Assembly: GCF_037042905.1 (NCBI RefSeq)
Contig: NC_087261.1
Coordinates: 1,798,001 to 1,862,000, forward strand
Length of the DNA stretch: 64,000 nucleotides
Reading direction: 5' to 3'
Origin: Lytechinus pictus
Taxonomy: Eukaryota
Shown: positions 34,679 to 47,018 of the stretch, piece after piece
Numbering within the stretch: position 1 is the stretch's first letter
How the letters are laid out: every line of letters begins with the position of its first letter
Notes under the pieces: model-generated
What the model was told of the DNA's origin: nothing
What the model saw: only the letters and a program-made list of their open reading frames with translations
The model's database searches: none
Program-made: the position numbers and the translations under genes

Positions 34679-35240
34679 CTTGGATTTATCAAGTCCGTGT
34701 CCTTTAATCACTTAAAGCCAGGTGATCAATCACAAAAGATTCAATCCGCTCCATTCCACTAAGTGTAGCTTACAACCTAAAAGTATAAAGTAAAAATTAA
34801 AATCATAAGGGATCTTTGATTTCATGGAGTAACTTTACAATCCAAAGTCATATTCATAATCGATTGATATCATTCATTAATTTCTCTGGAATTTGCTACT
34901 ACTAGCACTAGGCCTAGTCTCTACTGAAGTTGATGGAGATATTGATTTGGCCTTCACCCTTCTCTCAATATGCTATTTATTGGCCAAAGTCAATGGCATT
35001 GGCAATTGAATGTGGCCAATAATAAAATAGCAATGCCAAATTATAAAGTGACAAAGACAAGCATGACGAGACTCGTCAAGGGTTAACAGTGACAGTGTTA
35101 CCATATAATTTCATGATCATCACTCACTTCTTAATTCTTCTCCAACTGACCAACAAATCAGATCACTCTCTCCCTCTAGTATCATTTCTTTTATCAATTC
35201 CCGTCGCATTGATTAGGCCTAACTTATGTCCTAATAATAA

Positions 35241-35600
35241 TACGGAGGCAGTGTAGCTCAGTCGGTTAGGGCGCCTGTTCCGGAAAAGATCGTAGATCTC
35301 AACGTGCGTGGGTTCGAGTCCCGCAGCATGCCGGAAGACGTCTAACAATAAAACTGATGCTAGCATTGTGTGTTAGCGTGCCTCACCGCTGTGTTCAGTG
35401 CGGGTGTGAATGCAGTTGGAAAACAAATGTTGGTCCCGTGTATAGGAGAGTCACAACCTATGCACGTTAAAACCAATACACTCTTCGTCAAAGAGTAGGG
35501 TGTTCACCCGGTGTATTGCACCTGCCGGTCCCCGGTACTACAATACTGCAAGAATCTTCAGGATTGAAGGAGGCAGTGTAGCTTGAAGAAGAAGAAGAAG
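35241..35600 (+). mobile_element. tRNA-derived SINE (long-variable-arm, Leu/Ser-like head) with (GAA)n tail
   Basis: tagctcagtcgg A-box, gggttcgagtccc B-box, (gaa)n tail, candidate TSD aataataa. Confidence 0.75.
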
Positions 35601-35813
35601 AATAATAAAGACGCCTGACGGCACTGATCCACACACAGTGAGTGACAACTGAGACTGAGTCTGAGTGAGTGACACTACTCACCAGACATCAAATTCATTG
35701 ATTTAAACTTAATTCTTCCGAATTCATGATCAGAATAACTTGTTTCAATCAAATAATCCCTCTAATAATTTGTTAGATATCGAAAATTAATGCTAGGTAA
35801 AAAGAAGACTGAC

Positions 35814-36010
35814 CTGAAGTTAAAAACATCGCGTCGATCAATCGATAGAAGCGCCACCATACATGATTTCCAATGAGTGGTACAACACAATACACATGTT
35901 TTCATTCCACACCGCCTCAGCCGCGGGGAACCGCCAGTCAGAGGTTCTCGTAAAACTGTGCTGTCTGATTATGCAAGCATGGCAACGAACAAAGCGTTGT
36001 GTTGTTAACG
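35814..36010 (-). promoter_or_regulatory. Probable non-coding first exon / promoter of the TIR-SAM gene
   Basis: Minus-strand donor CAG|gtcagt at 35814/35813 within a locally CpG-rich stretch; pairs with the acceptor at 34777-34778. TSS not determinable. Confidence 0.45.
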
Positions 36011-36937
36011 TTAGCGAAGCCCCAGACAGGTGTATGAGTAAGTTCGGTAAATTTACTCCCTTCGGAAAAAGAAATATTCATAAAAATGTACAGATTTCAT
36101 GATTAATTTTGTAATTTTTCACCAATTAATCATTTTACTAAATCGCAATATTTAAGCAAAATGAAAAAATCTGTCTTGATATGCTGTATTGACGTTATTT
36201 AGGTTTGATTTTTCTCTGCAGTTATCCAATGTGGGGAGGGGGTAAACTTCAAGAGAGAGCGTCCCAATCGATTTCTTCCCCTTCTCCGATACTATACTTC
36301 ATTCATACCACTCATCTCTTTACCCCCTTTAGGGTGTAAACAAGTTTGGCTTATGAATAAAAACAAGAAAATTATTACAAGGCTTAAATAAACGTTTGAG
36401 TGTTGGCGTTTCTTCATACTCTTGCCTTTTGAAAATATTGACAGAATACAAAAATTATTTCTTTCTTTTTTTTTCCTTTTTTTTTAACGCAGGCGGAGCG
36501 GATGTAAGCTTCCTTTTGACATGGAACAGGACTACTGAGATCGAATATCAATCTGAGAATCAATGAGAAGGGGACTAGGCCGGCGTAGGCCTACTCAGAT
36601 TTTTATTAGATGCCAGGCGCGTAGACAGGGGGCAGTGGGGCGCCCCCCCCCCCCAAAAAAAAAAAAAAAAAGTCCCCAAAAAGTAGGGAGAAATTAAGGA
36701 GAAAAAGAAAAAGCGAAGGGGAAAAGGTAAGAAGGTATAGCCTTATTGTTTTTCTTTCATATTTTTTGTCAAAAGAATAAGAACCTAAACGGGACGCTCC
36801 TCTCTCTCTTCGATAATTTTTTTTTTACAAAAAGTATACGATGAAACTGTATTACACATCACTGCACATCCATCTACTGTCTTTTTTGTGCCATTAATTT
36901 GGAATGTCGAATATCACTCAAGTTTCTTATTCATTCA

Positions 36938-37213
36938 TGGAGCGTTGTGGCCCAGTGTATTAGTCTTCGGACTTTGAAACAGAGGGTCGTGGGTTCGAAT
37001 CCCAGCCATGGCGTAATTTCCTTCGGCAAGAAGCTGATCCACAATGTGCTGCACTCAACCCAGGTGAGGTAAATGGGTACCGGTAGGAAGTAATTCCTTA
37101 AAAATATGTGTGCGCTATGAACGCCTAGCTTAGCCGGGTAATATAGGAGCGCCTTGAGTACCCAACAAGGTGGATATGTGCGCAATATAAATATCCTATA
37201 TTATTATTATTAT
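36938..37213 (+). mobile_element. tRNA-derived SINE family A, full length
   Basis: A/B boxes, body shared with 1953-2210, (att)n tail. Confidence 0.85.
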
Positions 37214-38851
37214 TCAAAAGAAGCACTTAATATGAGCGAAATTACACCTTTTTTCAAAATAATTCACACAGTTACCGTGTTTCTCGTGCATGAGAAGGGA
37301 TGCATCATTCATTTCCCATTTTAAGCTCTCTTTTTTATTCGAAATAGAGTCTAATAATTTAAGAAAACTCAAATTATTGGGAGCAGGTTATAAAGTTTCC
37401 TTAAAATTTTGAAATTTCAGTAAACGACAATCGCGGGAAGGAATATCTTTCTTCTACTCGATTTTGTGAGTGAAAGGTAAATAATGTGGCAAAATTGTTG
37501 CTATCAAATCTGATCTGACGAAGATATACCGAGGTAGGCGTTTTAAACCACTCAATAAATGCCCTTTTCTGTTCTAAACAAAATCATGAAACGTTTTAGC
37601 TTCCACGCTTCGGGTGGGAAGAGGAATCATTTCAAATTCCTCAATCAAGTTCGTTGTTGTTGTTTTTTTATTATTATTTTTAATCATAGCAAGTCAATTG
37701 AATTCGAGCTGATAAGGGTATACTAGAGACATCTTCTTTTGAATTGAATTTGATGAGACACCGGGAAACTCCCCCTCCCTGTACCCCATCCCCTAGAGAA
37801 CACTCTTTGCGAGCTGTGTAAGCGTTGCCGCCCCCGGCCCTCCAAAATTAAATCATGGCTAAGCGGTTGTTCGATGCAGCTAGGAAGGTCACATAAGATA
37901 TTAAGCTCGTAAACCATCAAGTACTTTGGAGGGGGTCAAAACTTTGGTTCTCATGGAGAAAGACGAGAGAGACGGTAATAAATCCGTGGGTGTTAATGGG
38001 TCGACTTGCCTCCTCAATAATTTGGTGAGCCCCACATTCACCCTACCCCCCCCCCAAAAAAAAATGTTAATTTTGAGGTAGGCCTACAGTGTATTTCAAT
38101 TATAAGGAATTTTTTAGGCCCTAACTGTTGTCCTAGTAATATTGTTATGCAGATATCCTTTTGAAGCACCATGACCAAGAAATAGGAAAAATAGAAGAGG
38201 AATCAGGTTGATTTTATATTCTGTAACTGTCTTGTCAAAATCTATCACAAAATGAGCTTTACGTTTAAAGGAATGTCAATATTTTTGAATATCGACCAAT
38301 ACATCATGCTCCCCAACCCTTAAACCCTTTACTTCAATATGTCACTTTTGTAAGCTTGTAATACTTGTTTCATAAATATCTTTTTTCTAGATTTTTATGG
38401 ACATTTGTGAAGGCGAAATCAAGATATTATTTTGATTTAAATGCTACGTGTTATTGTTCTCAAATTGAATTATCGGAATATTATACGCGACCCATCAGAC
38501 CTCTCATTTTATACTCCTATTCTTTCTGTTTTTCTTTTCTCCATTTTCCACTATCTAAAAAAAATAGAGTCGGTTGCCCCGGCCATATACCCCTCCCCAC
38601 TTAGTGCCATCCGTGTTTGCCTCTCATTCTTCTTTCATTTTTAATCATTTTCTGTCCTTGTTTCCTAAAAGTTTTGTTATCCATTTTCATGTATATTTGT
38701 GTTAGATCTCGTAAAAGTTTTTTTCTTTTTGAGATTTGACTTAAATTTTTTTATATAGGCCTATACCTGAATACGTTGCCAACGTATTCAGGTATAGGCC
38801 TATAAAAACAACGTTGGTGAAACAATTTACAAAATCATCATTTATCCTCAT

Positions 38852-39955
38852 CAGTGGCGTAACTACGGAGGGCACCTGCCCCCCCCCCCCCCCCCCCCCC
38901 CCCCAGTGAATAGGATAAAAAGAGGGAGAAAGGGAAAAAAACGTAGTGGGAATGAAGAAATTATTAAATTGTACATTATAATATGTTATATCATATCATG
39001 TATATTATGTTAAATTACATAAGAAATATTTTTTTCCAGAACTTTATGAAACATTATTTGATCAGGGCCTTGTGCTCATCGTTCCTGGTGCTCGCATAGT
39101 CTGTTTAACGAGATATATAATCCTGTTGTACTAAAACATCCCGTTTTCAAGTCAATATACACCAAATATATTTTCTCGCACTTCGAGTTATTGTTTTATG
39201 TAGTGGCATATGCTTCTTCTTCATGACTACTAAAAGTGATTGCCCACTTTTAAGGTCTGAATATAAAACTTTCCAGTCCGTGCTTACGTTCGCATTAGTG
39301 GATTGGTGAGATATGTCTGCTCTTCATGAATTCCTAAAACCAGTCCCTTTTTCTGAACTAAAAATTACAAATTTTCAGCTCGCGCTTCGCGCTCACATCA
39401 TTTGGTTAGTGAAATACGAATGATCTAAGTGATAAGTGAATTCCTACAAATAAGCCTTAGAATACCCCTTTTCAGGTCAGAATTTCCTAAATTTTCAGCT
39501 CGCGCTTCGCGAGTGAGATGCGTATGATAATCATGATTAAAAAAGTGCTTCATTTGTTTAGATGTAACTCTAACAAAATCAGCAAGCGTTTGGCACTCGC
39601 ATTAGATGGCTATGGTAAGATATGTATACTCTTAATAGATTCCTAAACAATAATCCTCAGTGATCCTTAAAATGTCCCTGTTTGGGGTCAATATATACAC
39701 AAATTTCAGCTCGCGCTTCGCGCTCGCATCATGATTACAAAAATTTGCTTATGATGTCCCTTTTTAAGTCTGAATATCAAAAGTTTTAGCTTGCGCTTCA
39801 CGCCCGCATTATTTGATCGGCAGTGAGATACATAGTCCTTAAAATGTCTCTAAGTCAGTATAACTGGCAAATTAGCGCGCTTCGCGCTCCGACTAAGTGA
39901 CTCAAATTTTTTGCTGGTGCCCCCCCCCCATGCCATGACCCACGGTACGTCACTA
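38852..39955. mobile_element. Non-autonomous hAT-type element, 8-bp TSD ATCCTCAT
   Basis: TSD at 38844-38851 and 39956-39963; TIR cagtggcgta / tacgtcacta; internal repeats with ttcagctcgcgcttcgcgctc. Confidence 0.88.
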
Positions 39956-40208
39956 ATCCTCATTGTTTAAAGGTAAAGTCCATCCAGAAAAAAAACCTTG
40001 ATTTAAATCAATAGAGAAAAATCAAACACGCATAACGCTGCAAATTTCATCAAAATCTGATGTAAAATAAGAAAGTTATGATATTTAACAAAACAGTTAT
40101 ATGCACAACCCAGATATATGCAAATGAGAGAGTCGATGACATCCATCGCTCACTATTTTTTTTTTAATTATACAATATTTTAATTCTTACATATTTTACA
40201 GTAAGGAC

Positions 40209-42941
40209 CAGTGTTGTAGTCAAGGCATAAACCTCCAAGGCCAAGGCCAAGGCCAAGGCTTTAATTCCCAAGGCCAAGGCTTCAATACCCAAGGCTGAGG
40301 CCAAGGCATGGAAACCCAAGGCCAAGGCCAAGGCTTGAAAACCTCAAGGCCAAGGCCAAGGCCAAGGCATTTCAAACTTTAATAGGTGAGAGCGAGCGAA
40401 CTGAGCGAGCAAAAATTTTGACTTTTGTACATGAAAAACAAAAATAATTTCATGGTAGATTTAGACATTATTTTAAAATAATAATATAGTTACCTTTGTA
40501 CATATAATTATTATTATTATGTTATTATTAAATTATTATTATAATTTATTATTTTTTATGTGATTTACATTGCAATAATTATTATTACCACGGTCATCTG
40601 ATCCTGGCGTGCCCGTTCTCAACGTATGTCATTCTCCACTCCCTGGGACAGGGGCGGCAGAACGTATTTTATTTGGGGGGGGGGGTCTAAACCAAAAAGG
40701 GTACTTATATGTCAAAATTGGCATTTGGTGCAAACAGATGTTTTCAAAATGAGATTATCAACTACGTGAAGTAGTTGTGTATTTTGTGGAAATTAAGTTG
40801 ACCAAAGCCTTTTTAGTGATTTCTCATTGATAAGACAGATATTTTGATTTAGTGGTTAAAAAAAAATCAATTTTGAAGTTGAAAAACTTGATGTTTGGTC
40901 AATTACAGGGCTAATCACTTTTAAAAGGACATCATTGCGAGATGTTGCCAGCGCGAATCATAAGCAAAAACTTGTTGACATTGTGACATAAGAATTAAAT
41001 ATTCCGGGCTGTTTTTGTACTCATGAAAAAGATGTGCATCTAACTAAGAATTAAGCGCGAGCTGAAATTTTTAATATACTGACAGGTCTGCAAAGTAAGC
41101 TGTTAAGGACTGCATTTAGCATGTTTAGTGACTCATAAATATGATACATAACTCACCGATCAAATAATGCGAGCGCAGAGCGCGAGCTCAAAAATTTGTG
41201 ATATTCCAACCTGAAAATTGGACATTCTAAACATTTTTTTGTAAACAGGAACATATTGAGTACCTTACATGTACCTAACAATAATTGATGCAAGTGCAGA
41301 ACGCGAACCAAATATTTGTGATATTCTAACCTGAAAATTCTAAACATGTTTGTAACCATGAATAGGATTAATACTGTACTAAACAATAAATGATGCAAGC
41401 GCGATCCAAAATTTGGCGATTTTACGAACCTAATTTACTATAAAAAAAAAAGGTATTTTATTTTAAAAGGGCACATTTCATTTGGAAAAAAGAGCATTTT
41501 CGATTTTGGAAAAGGGGCATTTTTTCCTACAAGGATTTTTTCGGGGGGGGGCAAGAGAGCACAAGTTGAAATTTTCAAATGCTGACCTGAAAATGAGTCA
41601 CTTTTAGGACTCGTGTCCATTTTCATGTTTTTTTCCTGCTCACAACCCTTTTAAATTTCAATTTTCATTTCTTGTATCTTCTACACTTATTTTACCTCAA
41701 AAACCGGAATAAAGAATACTAACAAAATAAAGTTATATTCCCTCTTTCTCACCTCTTTACAAATATCAGAACCCCCTCTCCCCCCTCAAAAAAGAGAGAG
41801 AAGTTCCACCACCAAGAATAAACTTAGAAAAGGAAAAAAGGAAAGGTAACCGGTGTGTTGGCTCAGTTGGTAGAGGGTTCAAACCCCGGCCGCGTCAGAC
41901 CAAAAGACGTTTAAAGATGGAAGTTGCTGCTACCCTGTTTGGCGTTCAATAATTAAAGGGATAGAGCCTCGTCGATCTGGCGCTGCACAGCGGCTGCCGG
42001 GCCCACGATCAATTGGGCAAAACAAATTTTAGGAGTATTTCATTTCTGGTGTCTATTTCGAACAATAAAATATGGATTGAAGGAGTAAATGTGATATTAT
42101 TTTCTTAACATATTGTCACAATCTATCACAAAAATTAGCTTTTCTTATAGTAAGAGGGTGAAAAATTTTGCTTGCTCACTTCAATTGCTTTCAACTTTTT
42201 TTGGCAGAAATTTTGCTCTATATATATGCCATGCTTGGCCCCTCAAAACTTTTGGTTCATCATGCCATTGACATAACCCATTTGGATATGATAAAATTGA
42301 AGATTGTGTTCAAGTTTTCCAAATCTTTTCAGAATATCATTAATACTTAAAACATTCTTCTTGGCCAAAGGAAATAATACAATGAAAGTCCTTGTTATTA
42401 TTCTTTATGAAAAATTGTTGTCAAAATTAGCTGTCAGATCTGTCAGAATTATTCCTGTCATCAAATCACTGTAATCTTTATCATAATGATTATTACCATC
42501 ATTATCATCATTAGTCATGATTACAACACGTTACCAATAAATAATGCTATTTTTCATCATTACTGTTTTCTTTGTCACATACATGAATATGATGATAATT
42601 CTTGATGATGGTGATAATCACAATTTATGGCACTGCTAGTACACTTACTACTGCTGACTGGAAGTAGTGCCATTGAATATACAGAACAATTACTAAAAAC
42701 ATAGTAACATTTATAATGACTTAATTATTTAAAAACAAATGAAAGTACAAAAAACAAAATGCCTTGAAAAAGCCTTGAAAATGCCTTGAAAATGCCTTGA
42801 AATTTCAAGGCTCAAAATCCTCAAGGCCAAGGCCAAGGCCCTCTCAAGGCCAAGGCTTGAATGTTCAAGGCCAAGGCTTTGAAAAAGTAGGCCTTAAGGC
42901 GCCTTAAGGCCAAGGCCGAGCATCAAGGCACTACAACACTG
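40209..42941. mobile_element. Non-autonomous hAT-type element, 8-bp TSD GTAAGGAC, subterminal (AAGGCC)n arrays
   Basis: TSD at 40201-40208 and 42942-42949; TIR CAGTGTTGTAGT / ACTACAACACTG; no transposase ORF. Confidence 0.92.
41848..42080 (+). mobile_element. tRNA-derived SINE (family B) with a deletion in its head
   Basis: ttggctcagttggtagag A-box fused to gggttcaaaccc B-box; a longer head of the same family on - at 55865-55958. Confidence 0.65.
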
Positions 42942-45900
42942 GTAAGGACCAACTTGACTGAACCATATATTGTTAAAACAATGGTAATTCCACAAATTCA
43001 GAATATGTATAAAATGACAATGGGGAGAAAATTATTATAAAATGCAAATGAAATAGTGAGTGGATTATGTCATCAGTGCCTTCATTTGCGTACCGACCAG
43101 GATGTGCACATAACTCATACATCAGATTTTGATGAAATTTTCAATGTTATACTTGTTGATTTTTTCTTATTTTATTCAAATCATTTTTATTGGAGTGGAC
43201 TTTCCCTTTAATATTCAAATTCCCATTATAACATACCCCCACACCCACACCCTCACACACACACCCACACACACACACACACACACACACGCACCCCTTC
43301 CCTTAAATATATAAAGAGAGGTGGAAAGGAGAGAGGGAAAAAGAGATCTTATTGGCTTTATATAGGTAGTGTTTTGGGGAAAGATTTTTTTTTTAATGTA
43401 CATATAATTTTTTTTTTTACTGTTTCGAGGGGTACAGACTTTTTACAGAAATGCATTGTTGTACAGCAGCTAGCTAGGAAAGGATAAGACGATAATATTA
43501 CAGCAGTTCGATGCATATGAATTGTGCATTCATTTGGGAAGTAATGGCGCTGCGTTAGACCATATGGTTCCTTTGTATGTTCGCAGAAAGACTCGTAAAA
43601 TTGAATTAGTAGTGTGGATGAATTTTGTGCAATATAATACTGCAATATGGTTATTATTTATGAATGCTATAAAGTATAAACATGCACAAAGTGTTTGACC
43701 TTTCTAATGTAGTTGATTAGCACAATAAGTTCAGATTTGTTAAAGCAATAAAGTATGACGAAGATGAGGGACGCATGGAGAGTATACAGTTTATTATCGA
43801 GGACAATTTTTATTGATCCAAATTATAAGCAATTTTCGAGAAGAAAAAGTGGTGTACTGTCGGAGATTGTTTCAGGCCTTGTGGTAAACTATTAAAAAAA
43901 TAAAAGTACATTTATTTAAAAATCTATTTAAAAAAAAAGAGTTACAGCTATTTTAACTTTGTCGTTATGGTGATTACCATGGTAACAGGGTCAGCATCCA
44001 TCAAAATCAATGATTCCATGGAAGATACCATTGTTGGAAGTCTTATATGAAACGGACCCGTGATATTTTGATCAAGGATTTATTTGATTTAGGGACATTA
44101 TCCCAATAAAATAATTACCAATCGCGTTGGCGTTAAAATGGATATTCCCTATAACATGTATAAAAAGGCCTTTTTTCACCCCCCCCCCCCTTTATTCTCC
44201 TACTTCATGTACTTCTCGACCCTTTCCCTCATTTTCTCTTGCTTCTTTTTTTTTTTTCTTCATTTTCTTCTCCTCATAATTTTCTTCTTTCTTTTTCTTC
44301 TCCTTTTTCTTTCTTTTGATCATCATATTTCTTTCACACTCTTGATATTCGTTTATATATTCGTTCTTTTTTCAAGACTCAGGTAAAATTAAGTTAATCA
44401 TATTAATCAATGATTTTTCCAGCCGTCAGTCATTAAGGAAATTGCGTCTTATTTTGGAAACAAAACGCAATGTAATTTACGCATAAAATAAACAAATGTG
44501 CAACTATAGATATCGTAACAAATTAGGGCAATTTCATGCTCAGTTTACCAACTATCAACGTCTCCTTTACTGAATTTACACTCCCCCCCCCCCCGCCCCA
44601 CCCCCTCTCCTTGAAAAAAAACATACATACGTTACATATTAACCCTCATTTTTTTCATTCATTATTCTATTTACTTTAATAATGTGCCCGCGTTTTTTTT
44701 TTTTTTTTTGAAGCGCTGTCAGACCCACAAACGGCGCCGGGTCGTATTTTCGGCACGCGACCGCACGCACCCCATAAACAATTAACGCAAGTATAATAGC
44801 ATGAAGATTTGTTTATAATACGGGTATTCCTTTTATTTACCCTGTTAATATACCAAATTATCCCCTCTCAGTTATGTTTTATCTTAAACACCCCCTAATG
44901 GACTAGTCAAGAGTCTATGACGGATATTTAATAAAATACAGGTAAGATTAATTTTGACAGCGCATTGTATTAATCCTTTCAGATGATCACAGGTTAAAAC
45001 ATATTATGGGAGGAATAACAAAAGAACTGCAAGTTGGGGATGTTTATTTATTTATTTCTTTTGTATTGCATTTACCGAAATCAAGTTAATGACGGAATAC
45101 CGATGAGAAGTGTATTAATAATGATCGAAGATATCAAGGAGGAAGGAGCAGAACCAGGATAAAAATGATGATTATGAAGGAGAGGGAGGAAGATGGCTAC
45201 TATTATGAGGAGGGGGTGGGGTGGGTAAAAACCTTTAAATAACTTTTCAGAAATAGTATATTAATGACTATTATTGTCACATTATTAATCAAACTTTAAA
45301 CAAACTATTTGAAGCTTTTATGGGTCACGCGCAGTATATAGGCATACTCCTAATCCCAAATGTTATGTGTGAACCCATCGCTAGTATTTAAAACTTTATA
45401 ATGAAATAAACCCCCCCCCCCCATCCAAATATTCTGAAGTGCTGTTAATTCAATCCAATCCAATGATACAGCGCATTTTCCTTTTGGTTACAAAGCTCCG
45501 CAATCGTGAAGAACAGAGTCTCATGCAAATTATACTTGAAGTGCACGCTCAAAGGGATTATGGACATGTTCGTAATATTCATTTTGAAAAACAATAGTAT
45601 ATATCAAGAGCACGGCTATTAATATCTATAGTTTGAAAATCTCTGATGTTATAATTAAAAAAATGTAAGGGAAATCTATAATAGTTACCCTATTGCAGGT
45701 GTTTTGATACTTAGTTTCTTTTTAATTGATATGGTTTCATTGATCCAATAATGCTTACTTTCAACATGATTAACATCATAGAAATGCATTAACATAATCG
45801 ACTTATTTATGAATTCTCTCCGAAAGAAAGAAAAATAAATTATCTTTTTTTAGTATTATGATAAACAGATACACTTAAGAAAGAAAATACAAGAGCAATC

Positions 45901-46611
45901 ATTAGTTTCCCCTTCCATCATTCCCTGAAACGAAATTTATATTAGCTTTCAGTTTTGTTCAAAAGTGTTCTATAAAGCATATCCCAAATTAGTCACCAAT
46001 ATCTAAATCAGTACGTCTATCAATGATAAACTTCCCTACCGTCTAGAAATATTTTACGTATTGAATGAAATGATGAATGACGTAGTTCATCTTGATAAGA
46101 TGGATCACAATGACAGTATCCATATTCATCCCGTTATACGAGGAAAGGTTGCAAAAGGCGCCAAGCCCATTCGGCACGCGACACCGCGCGCACCTGATGC
46201 GTGTCATAAAACAACGTAAATAATCCATAGTCGTGATAAGATGAAGATTTGTTTATTTTACTGGTATTCTCTTTATTCATCTATTTTTAGTTACTTTTTA
46301 ATCTTAAACACATTCCTAATGGACTAGCCATGAGTCTACGACGGTTACTTAAAAGAAAGAGATTATACGATCTTACGTACCAGTATAGGGCAGAATATCA
46401 TTGTGGTAATCATTTGGGAGTTCAAAGATTATGAAGATGATGGAAGGAATATTTAAAAAATGTCAATTCTTTTTCCGTTCGTTCGTTCGTTACTTCGTTC
46501 GTTCGTTCGTTAGTTAGTTAGTTAACTGGTTGGTTAGTTGGCTTGTTTGTTAGTTACTCTGTCTGCCTCTCTGTTTATTTGTATCGAGTATAAAATTCAA
46601 ATTAAATTGTA

Positions 46612-46768
46612 ACTTCTGAAGGTTTCCATGGCGAAGAAGAATAGTGTAGTAGGTTTCACGGTACACAATGTATCTTTCTAGGGCAAGTGTTGGTCCTGAA
46701 AAGGACCACCCAATCTCGACGTGTCGACAAGTGTGTTCTTGTCGTCTTCAGGAGAATGAACAAAGTTG
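46612..46768 (-). mobile_element. Penelope-type solo LTR-like mini-element with a degenerate hammerhead ribozyme
   Basis: Flanking direct repeat AATTAAATTGTA (46600-46611, 46769-46780); minus strand TCTC-CTGAAGA-C-GACAAG(aacaca)CTTGTC-GACA-CGTC-GAGA. Confidence 0.7.
46711..46758 (-). ncRNA. Minimal type I hammerhead ribozyme motif, core GAAA mutated to GACA
   Basis: CUGANGA box, 6-bp stem II, minimal stem III, GUC site, stem I UCUC/GAGA. Confidence 0.6.
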
Positions 46769-46852
46769 AATTAAATTGTAGACGGAAAACCGATGAGAAA
46801 AATTGTTAAAAGAGAGGGATAGGAAAAGAAAATGAAGTAAATGAAGAACATA

Positions 46853-47018
46853 CACTGTAAAAACTGAAGTGCTAATTTAGCACTTACAGTGCTTGTATAG
46901 TGACTGCACTACGAGTGCTGATTTTTAAGTTCAAATTTAAACTAGACAATCAGCACTCGTAGTGCAGTCACTATACAAGCACTGTAAGTGCTCAATTAGC
47001 ACTTCATTTTTTACAGTG
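46853..47018. mobile_element. Palindromic MITE (CACTG...CAGTG, TA TSD)
   Basis: ~70-bp near-perfect inverted arms around a ~25-nt spacer. Confidence 0.88.

Larger units (their letters stand above)
39971..43207. mobile_element. Kolobok-like TTAA element hosting a 2.7-kb hAT insertion
   Basis: TTAA|aggtaaagtcca...tggactttccct|TTAA; uninterrupted relative at 61260-61808. Confidence 0.8.
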
